Assembly: GCA_023247275.1 (NCBI GenBank) | Contig: JAHFGT010000001.1 | Location: forward strand, 6,265-70,264 | DNA from: Candidatus Omnitrophota bacterium | GTDB lineage: Bacteria; Omnitrophota; Gorgyraeia; Aquiviventales; Aquiviventaceae | Direction of reading: 5' to 3' | Length of the DNA: 64,000 bases | In this document: in pieces, positions 58,524 through 64,000 of the stretch | Position numbering within the stretch: position 1 is the first letter of the stretch | How the letters are laid out: the number at the start of each line of letters is the position of its first letter | Position numbers and translations under genes: made by a program | The notes under the pieces: model-generated | The model's database searches: none | Told to the model about the DNA's origin: nothing | What the model saw: only the letters and a program-made list of their open reading frames with translations

Positions 58524-59796
58524 CACGTGATCCGCTTGATTGACATATCCTGTCCCGGCAATAGAGCGACCAGTAGCGGGACGTGCCGATGGAGAGGGCG
58601 AAGATTGACTCGGCGACGTGGCGACACCGGGCTGGCAGGGTCGGGTCGGCCCAGAGCGATTCGAGCTGATCCAGCGCCGCGTCATAGGCCGCGCTAGTGC
58701 AGGAGCGCAAGACCACGCCAACGTTGTTGGATTCAATGATGGCGCGGATATCACCGACCTGGTCGGTCGCAATGACCGGCAGGCCGGTGGCGAAGTACTC
58801 GCCCAACTTGGTCGGGCACACCCCCTGCCATGAGGTGCCGGACTTGATCAGTGACAAGCCGACATGGGCTTGGCCAAGCCACGAGGGGATCTGTTCTGGG
58901 GAAACGGTGTGGATCGTCACCGCCCGAGCAGCCGGCGACCGGCGCAACGGTTGTTTGGCTTCCTCTATATCACGGGTCAGGATGATGAACCTGGCCTCTG
59001 GAAACCGATGCAACGCTCGCTCGAACAACTGGGCCATCTCGTCCATCAAATACCAGGTGCCCAGCGAGCCGGTATAGAGGAATACCGGGGCTGAAACAGG
59101 CGGAAACCGCCTCGGGACCAGCGCAAACCGATCCAGATCCACGCAGGTGGGGATCACCGTCACGCGCGGGGTTGAAAGACCTGGCCACTGTTCAACCACC
59201 TCGCGGGCCGCATCGCTGAGCGTGACAATCTCATCCGCATCAGCCAGCAGCTGATGCTCAAGCCGCTTGGCTAGTCGGTACAGCCGGCTAGTGGATGGCC
59301 ATTGGCCTGAATCCACACGACCATCCGCCCAAAACCCCCGCATGTCGAAGATCATCCGGACCTTGCACAGTCGTTTCAAGCACCACGCCATCGTGGCTGG
59401 GATGTAGCTTCTGGCATGCACGAGCTCAATGGACGCTCGCGTGACGACCCGCCAGCCGACGATAATCCCGATGACCAGATCATACGTCGTGGCCAACAGC
59501 GACGGGCGCTTATGATACGTCAGCGGGATCCACTGGATCCCGCTGCGCGCCAGGCTAGCGTGAGCGGATTGGTAGAGGTCGACTTGCCGTCGATCAGCAG
59601 GCTTCTCAAACGAGATCAACGTGATCCGAGCGCCCTGGGCGGCGAGCTCGCGCACATACGGCTGCACCTGCGACTGGCCCAACGGTTCGAGCAGCCCGTC
59701 GTACGTGATATACAGCACGCGCGGGGTGTGCAGCGCAGTAGCGCTGGGTTGCTGCTGTGAAATGACCGTCACTTCAAGGGCCGAAGTGACGGTCAC
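58486..59796 (-). CDS. GT4 glycosyltransferase
   Basis: VLYITYDGLLEPLGQSQV, HARSY, FDMRGFW, PTKLGEY; start either GTG 59796 or ATG 59811. Confidence 0.88.
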   Translation of the reverse strand: MTVTSALEVTVISQQQPSATALHTPRVLYITYDGLLEPLGQSQVQPYVRELAAQGARITLISFEKPADRRQVDLYQSAHASLARSGIQWIPLTYHKRPSLLATTYDLVIGIIVGWRVVTRASIELVHARSYIPATMAWCLKRLCKVRMIFDMRGFWADGRVDSGQWPSTSRLYRLAKRLEHQLLADADEIVTLSDAAREVVEQWPGLSTPRVTVIPTCVDLDRFALVPRRFPPVSAPVFLYTGSLGTWYLMDEMAQLFERALHRFPEARFIILTRDIEEAKQPLRRSPAARAVTIHTVSPEQIPSWLGQAHVGLSLIKSGTSWQGVCPTKLGEYFATGLPVIATDQVGDIRAIIESNNVGVVLRSCTSAAYDAALDQLESLWADPTLPARCRHVAESIFALSIGTSRYWSLYCRDRICQSSGSRATDEGRRGIRRR

Positions 59797-59799
59797 TTC
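59759..59799. repeat. Two 17-bp palindromes GAA(A/G)TGACnGTCACTTC, 7 nt apart (REP-like)
   Basis: gaaatgaccgtcacttc (59759-59775), aagggcc, gaagtgacggtcacttc (59783-59799). Confidence 0.8.
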
Positions 59800-60587
59800 G
59801 CGAGCGCCCATACGGGATTCTCCTGTGGGGATCGCGTCATCTCTGCTGGAGGGGTCGCGACCACGACGTACCGCCAACAGCACCAGCGGCCCAGCTGCAG
59901 CCTTAGGATCAGTTTGGACAGCAGCGTGTCGAGCGCTAGGACGAGTTGCTCAACCGCGCGAGCGTTCGGCACCAGCTCTGGGCCGATATACCCGCCGCTC
60001 AATGGCAATGCGATCACGTCCCGATACTCGACGCGCTCAATCGTCCATCCAGACCGATGCAACATGCGGCGCGCCTCATCCATCGGGAGGGCTTCACACG
60101 ATTCATGCCCCACTAACCGACGCGCCACGCGCAGCGCAGGCATCATGTTGGACTCGAACACGATCACTCGTCCACGAGTCAGCCGGGCCGCCTCAGCAAG
60201 CGCGCGATCAGATTCCAGGTGGTGCAGGCTGTCGCGGAACACTACCGTATCGAACGATTGGTCTGCGAACGGCAGCCGGTACGCATCGCCGACCACTACC
60301 GGGATGTCGCCTAGCACTTCCCTACCGGCCTGCAACCCTGCTTGGTCCATATCAACGCCGATCGCTGTCAGGCCGTGCGCACGCAACGAGCTGACCAATG
60401 CGCCATAACCGCAGCCGATCTCGAGCACTCGTGGCCCCTTGACCAGCGTGCGCAACTGCGCGTCCTGACACGCCACGACCCGGCCCCAGAACCGCTGAAG
60501 CCTTGCCGCGAGCTGCCGGTGTTCGGCCAGGCTCTGCGGACGTTGGTCACGATGCGCAGGGTGCGGGCGCGTGGGCGCGTGAGCCAT
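59793..60587 (-). CDS. Class I SAM methyltransferase
   Basis: VLEIGCGYG, GDAYRLPFADQSFDTV, SLHH; start inferred. Confidence 0.87.
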   Translation of the reverse strand: MAHAPTRPHPAHRDQRPQSLAEHRQLAARLQRFWGRVVACQDAQLRTLVKGPRVLEIGCGYGALVSSLRAHGLTAIGVDMDQAGLQAGREVLGDIPVVVGDAYRLPFADQSFDTVVFRDSLHHLESDRALAEAARLTRGRVIVFESNMMPALRVARRLVGHESCEALPMDEARRMLHRSGWTIERVEYRDVIALPLSGGYIGPELVPNARAVEQLVLALDTLLSKLILRLQLGRWCCWRYVVVATPPAEMTRSPQENPVWALAK

Positions 60588-61539
60588 CAGATATCTCGTG
60601 CTGCCATGCGGAATCCCGATGCGCCGTTGCCAGCGCGCATGAGGTGACAAACAGATGGCTCTGAGCCAACTGCTCGAACATGCTCTTGAACAGCGCCAGC
60701 TTGCGTGCCACCGGCAACCGGATGCCGGGATGATGGTTGAGCCGAGGATCGATCTGATCCTGATCCGGCCCGAGGACGTCGACCGCATGCATCACAAACA
60801 CGATGTCTTCTGACCGCAGTTGCCGGAGCGCTGCGGCCGCGTACGCTGATCCCCAACTCAGGACTGCCGTGCCATAGAACGGCAACCGCGACATCGGCAG
60901 CGTCGCCACCGGGAGCTCTACCAGCGGTCTGGCCGGATCGACTCGCCACAACGACTGCGCCGCGGGACGGTATGGCTGTCGGGGCGCGCGCAGGAAACTC
61001 AGCCGACCCATCGTGCCATGCTCAGCCTGGCGACGCAGCCGGGTCCATATCTGCATCAACCGGATCGGGATGGATAGTGTCGTCGGAAACACCGAGGAAT
61101 CGTACCAGTAGCCGCGCGATTCCAACAAGGCTAACAACGGCTCGTCAACATCATACCCAGGATTACGAAACCCTACCGGCCGGTTTCCGGTCCAGGACAC
61201 GATCGCCTGCTCAGCGGCGATGAGTTCCTGCTCTTGCGCCTGAGGCGACCACCGGGTCATCCCATACGGATGCGTGTGGCTGTGGTTAGCGATCTCATGG
61301 CCGGCAGTAATCAGCTCGCGCAGCCACCGACCAGCCGACCCGCGCACCTCTGAGCCGACGACGAACACGGTCGCGCGGATCTTATGCTCGTTGAACAGCT
61401 CGATCAGCCGAGGAATCACCAGGTCGTAAAACGGCTCTGGTGCGTCGTCGGATGGATAGCCATAGTACCGCAGCAGCGTCGCAAATGAATCCATATCGAC
61501 CTGCACCGCGCACTGAGGCCGAACCGCACCAGCGGTCAT
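60547..61539 (-). CDS. Polysaccharide deacetylase (CE4)
   Basis: VDMD, ATVFVVG, HEIANHSHTH, GFRNPG, YDSSVFP. Confidence 0.88.
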   Translation of the reverse strand: MTAGAVRPQCAVQVDMDSFATLLRYYGYPSDDAPEPFYDLVIPRLIELFNEHKIRATVFVVGSEVRGSAGRWLRELITAGHEIANHSHTHPYGMTRWSPQAQEQELIAAEQAIVSWTGNRPVGFRNPGYDVDEPLLALLESRGYWYDSSVFPTTLSIPIRLMQIWTRLRRQAEHGTMGRLSFLRAPRQPYRPAAQSLWRVDPARPLVELPVATLPMSRLPFYGTAVLSWGSAYAAAALRQLRSEDIVFVMHAVDVLGPDQDQIDPRLNHHPGIRLPVARKLALFKSMFEQLAQSHLFVTSCALATAHRDSAWQHEISDGSRAHAPAPCAS

Positions 61540-62207
61540 GTGGACTCCAGGTCTCGGACATACACAACCGAGTCGCCACCGAAGATTCGGATCGGCCCGG
61601 CCGGCGCAAATCCAAGATTGCGATAAAAGATGTTGGCCATCAGATTGTCAGCCCGGACCAACGCCCGCACCTGCTTGCCACGGTGGTCGCGCAGACAGTC
61701 AAGCGCGGCCTGACCCAGCGCCTGCGCGACCCGGATATTGGTGCGCTGCATGAACTGCAGCGACCGGTAGGCCGGGGCCACCGCCAGCGACAACATCTCG
61801 CTGGGCGCATCGTCTGGCATGGCCGGGGGATGGCTCAGGAAGGCGACCGCCTCACCGACAGCGCCCCATCGACTCGGCTTGAGAATCACCGTTGCGAGGA
61901 ACACGCCGACCAGCGCACCCCAATGGCGGCGGGCGACGGATTGGAACAAATGCGCCCAGTCGGTCGTCGCCGCGATGAACCCGGCCACCTGTCCGTCGTA
62001 CTCATACACCACACAGCAGGCCGTTGGCGATTCCGGAATGTAGCGATAGTAGAACCGCGCGAGAAACTCCTCTCCGAGCCGGGCGAGGATTCCTTCGCGC
62101 AACTCGTCGGCATGCAGCCGGGCTACGGCCGGAATATCCTCCGCGCGCAACGAACGGACGCATCCAACGCTCACGCGCGGCTGGTCAATGGATGCCACGA
62201 TCAGCAA
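61536..62207 (-). CDS. GNAT-family acyltransferase
   Basis: VAGFI, EMLSLAVAPAYR, N..A..FY..LGF. Confidence 0.85.
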   Translation of the reverse strand: MLIVASIDQPRVSVGCVRSLRAEDIPAVARLHADELREGILARLGEEFLARFYYRYIPESPTACCVVYEYDGQVAGFIAATTDWAHLFQSVARRHWGALVGVFLATVILKPSRWGAVGEAVAFLSHPPAMPDDAPSEMLSLAVAPAYRSLQFMQRTNIRVAQALGQAALDCLRDHRGKQVRALVRADNLMANIFYRNLGFAPAGPIRIFGGDSVVYVRDLEST

Positions 62208-62421
62208 GGATCTCCTTAATCGCGCGGACGCTGACCATCTGCGACCACTCTTCCACGGTAAACTTCACACCGAACTGGAGCTCCAGCTCAGTGATCAGCG
62301 CCAAATGACCCAACGAATCCCACAGCGCCACCGTGCCTGGGGCAGCCTCGTCCGGGAGCTGCTCCACGTTGAACGCCTTGCAAAAAATCGCCTGCAGCCG
62401 CTCATCCGTCGTGACAGCCAT
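62185..62421 (-). CDS. Acyl carrier protein
   Basis: 78 aa, acidic; WDSLGH phosphopantetheine site; ELE.QFGVKF. Confidence 0.9.
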   Translation of the reverse strand: MAVTTDERLQAIFCKAFNVEQLPDEAAPGTVALWDSLGHLALITELELQFGVKFTVEEWSQMVSVRAIKEILADRGIH

Positions 62422-64000
62422 CACGCGATCGCCTCCACCGCAGCGTCGACTCGAATCAGTGGTTCCTCAGGCCATGGCCGGGCCAGATCGCGTTGCCACC
62501 GGATCGTTTCGCCCTTTTGTCCGGCCGGTTCAAACCCAGCCTGGGCAAACAATCCCTTGACCACGTGATTTTTTGCTGTCGGCGCATAGCGGCCGACCAA
62601 CACTGAGCCACCGGCTGCTTGCGCGGCTTGGCACAATGCGCCAAGAAACGCGAACTCGATCCGCCGACCCATCACCCGGCAGCTCATCAGCAGCGTGTCC
62701 AGCTCCCAGACGTCTGCCATCATCCGCACAATCGCCACACCAACCAGCCCAGCATCACCAAACCGATCCTGCACGCGAAGTGTGTACACACGCGCGGTTG
62801 AAGACTCGAGCAGGTCCTGGATGTCTCGCTGTTGATATCGCCGTGTGGTCAGATTGAACTGGTTCGTCTTCTGCGTCAGCTGCGCCACACGAGCCACCTC
62901 TGCGGGTTGCATACGCTGCACGCTGATGACGATCTCCAGTGACTTCAAGTAGTCTTCCAGCGTACATGTCTGGGCCTGGGTCTGTTGCCGAGCCTGTTCT
63001 GCCGCATACAGCTCAGCGCGGCGCTGATCCTCTTCTGTGGTCTGCAACCGCTCGAAATCGGTGAGCGAGCTCAGCGCGCTGGCATATTCCAATGGATCCG
63101 TCGGCCAGTCAGGGGTCAACACTTGTGGCAACAGGTGGCGCATCAGCTCGCGCTCAAACGGCTGGTCGTCGATGAAGACCAGGCTATCCAAGCCAAGGTT
63201 CAACTCTGCAGCCAGCGCCTGCATGTTGGTCGCCTTGTCCTGCCAATTGATCCGCATCGCGGCAACATGGTGTTCGCGCAGCACCATACCTGGGTGGCTG
63301 CGCAAGACGGCGAGCGCATCGGCCGGGTTGTTCTTACTGTTAATCGCCAACAGGATCCCCCGCGCTCGTAGGTCCAAGAGCGCCCGCTGGAACGCCACAT
63401 AGCCGGTGCCTGGTCCATCGTCGCCGAGGACCAGCGCGTCCGGCCCGTCCTCGCCTACGACCCCTCCCCAGAGGGTGTTGTCAAGGTCCACCACCACGCA
63501 TTTTCTGGTCAAACCTTTGTAGGCTTTGACGAACGCGAGCATCGCCCGAGCAAGGTGCCGCATGAACTCAGGGGCCCAGGGAATCTGCGCGACCGACTTC
63601 AGCCGCTCATCGCACATGCGCTGTTTGCCGAAAAAGGCGGCGAGCCGGTCCAGGTCGAGCACGCGCAGTTGCGGGTGCTGGGCACACCGCGTCGCCAGCA
63701 TGGCGTTGAGCTGTGTGGTCAGCGTCGCGGCCGGTGATGGATCAAGTCGGTACGGCTCATCGCTGGGCACGACAAGATTATGCCAGATGAGCAACCCCTT
63801 ACTGTGCCGAGTAAACGCGTCGCTCAGCTCATTGATCCGGGTGATGAGTGGTTCGCTCGCTGATCCGTCCGATGCGCCAGCCACGATCCCAGCCGCCGCT
63901 GCCGCGACCACCACCAGTTCAGGGGCGAAAGCGTACAGGCGCCCATTGGCATCGAGCAGCTCAGATTGAAATTGATTGTAGCCGCCGCACCAGATGTCGA
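62421..64000 (-). CDS. FkbH-like HAD-IIIC glyceryl-ACP synthase (5' end outside the window)
   Basis: KCVVVDLDNTLWGGVVGEDG, SKNN, FIDDQPFER, QLTQKTNQFNLTTRRY, MSCRVMGR; frame open to the window end (GGYNQFQSEL). Confidence 0.92.
   Translation of the reverse strand, partial: DIWCGGYNQFQSELLDANGRLYAFAPELVVVAAAAAGIVAGASDGSASEPLITRINELSDAFTRHSKGLLIWHNLVVPSDEPYRLDPSPAATLTTQLNAMLATRCAQHPQLRVLDLDRLAAFFGKQRMCDERLKSVAQIPWAPEFMRHLARAMLAFVKAYKGLTRKCVVVDLDNTLWGGVVGEDGPDALVLGDDGPGTGYVAFQRALLDLRARGILLAINSKNNPADALAVLRSHPGMVLREHHVAAMRINWQDKATNMQALAAELNLGLDSLVFIDDQPFERELMRHLLPQVLTPDWPTDPLEYASALSSLTDFERLQTTEEDQRRAELYAAEQARQQTQAQTCTLEDYLKSLEIVISVQRMQPAEVARVAQLTQKTNQFNLTTRRYQQRDIQDLLESSTARVYTLRVQDRFGDAGLVGVAIVRMMADVWELDTLLMSCRVMGRRIEFAFLGALCQAAQAAGGSVLVGRYAPTAKNHVVKGLFAQAGFEPAGQKGETIRWQRDLARPWPEEPLIRVDAAVEAIA

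Noticed and set aside
59759-59799. CRISPR repeat
   Set aside because: Only two units with a 7-nt spacer, and no cas genes.
35553-60788. Long N-terminal extensions in the ORF track (starts at 37643, 52994, 55175, 60788 and others)
   Set aside because: They overlap upstream genes; downstream starts at stop/start overlaps match the family N-termini.

Overview
High-GC bacterial chromosomal DNA; gene content suggests a PVC-group organism such as Ca. Omnitrophota, which is an unverified impression. Almost everything is on the minus strand. From about 7.9 kb to the window end lies one very large, tightly coupled surface-glycan (LPS/O-antigen/EPS) cluster. It holds about 15 glycosyltransferase genes, two GT9 heptosyltransferases, a WaaL-like ligase, a WecA fusion, an MsbA/PglK-like ABC flippase, a NeuB-type ulosonate module with two cytidylyltransferases, seven SAM methyltransferase domains, three deacetylases, a radical SAM enzyme, a FemAB-like protein, an FkbH-ACP-GNAT module and an EPS-type MarR regulator. 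A Phd/PIN toxin-antitoxin pair interrupts it. The cluster runs into udg, a sterol-desaturase-family gene and priA, followed by an inverted TPR gene, def, fmt and two tandem GalT-family genes. The best candidate for a new system is the GalT pair: the two paralogues have lost complementary halves of the shared dimer active site, which predicts an obligate heterodimer. Other highlights are the TPR gene bracketed by about 37-bp inverted repeats, three apparently leaderless promoters, a palindromic operator over the MarR promoter, a glycosyltransferase that needs a non-canonical ATC start, several multi-enzyme fusions and structured intergenic elements. No rRNA, tRNA, CRISPR array, transposase or integrase was seen. 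All calls come from reading motifs by eye; no database searches were run.
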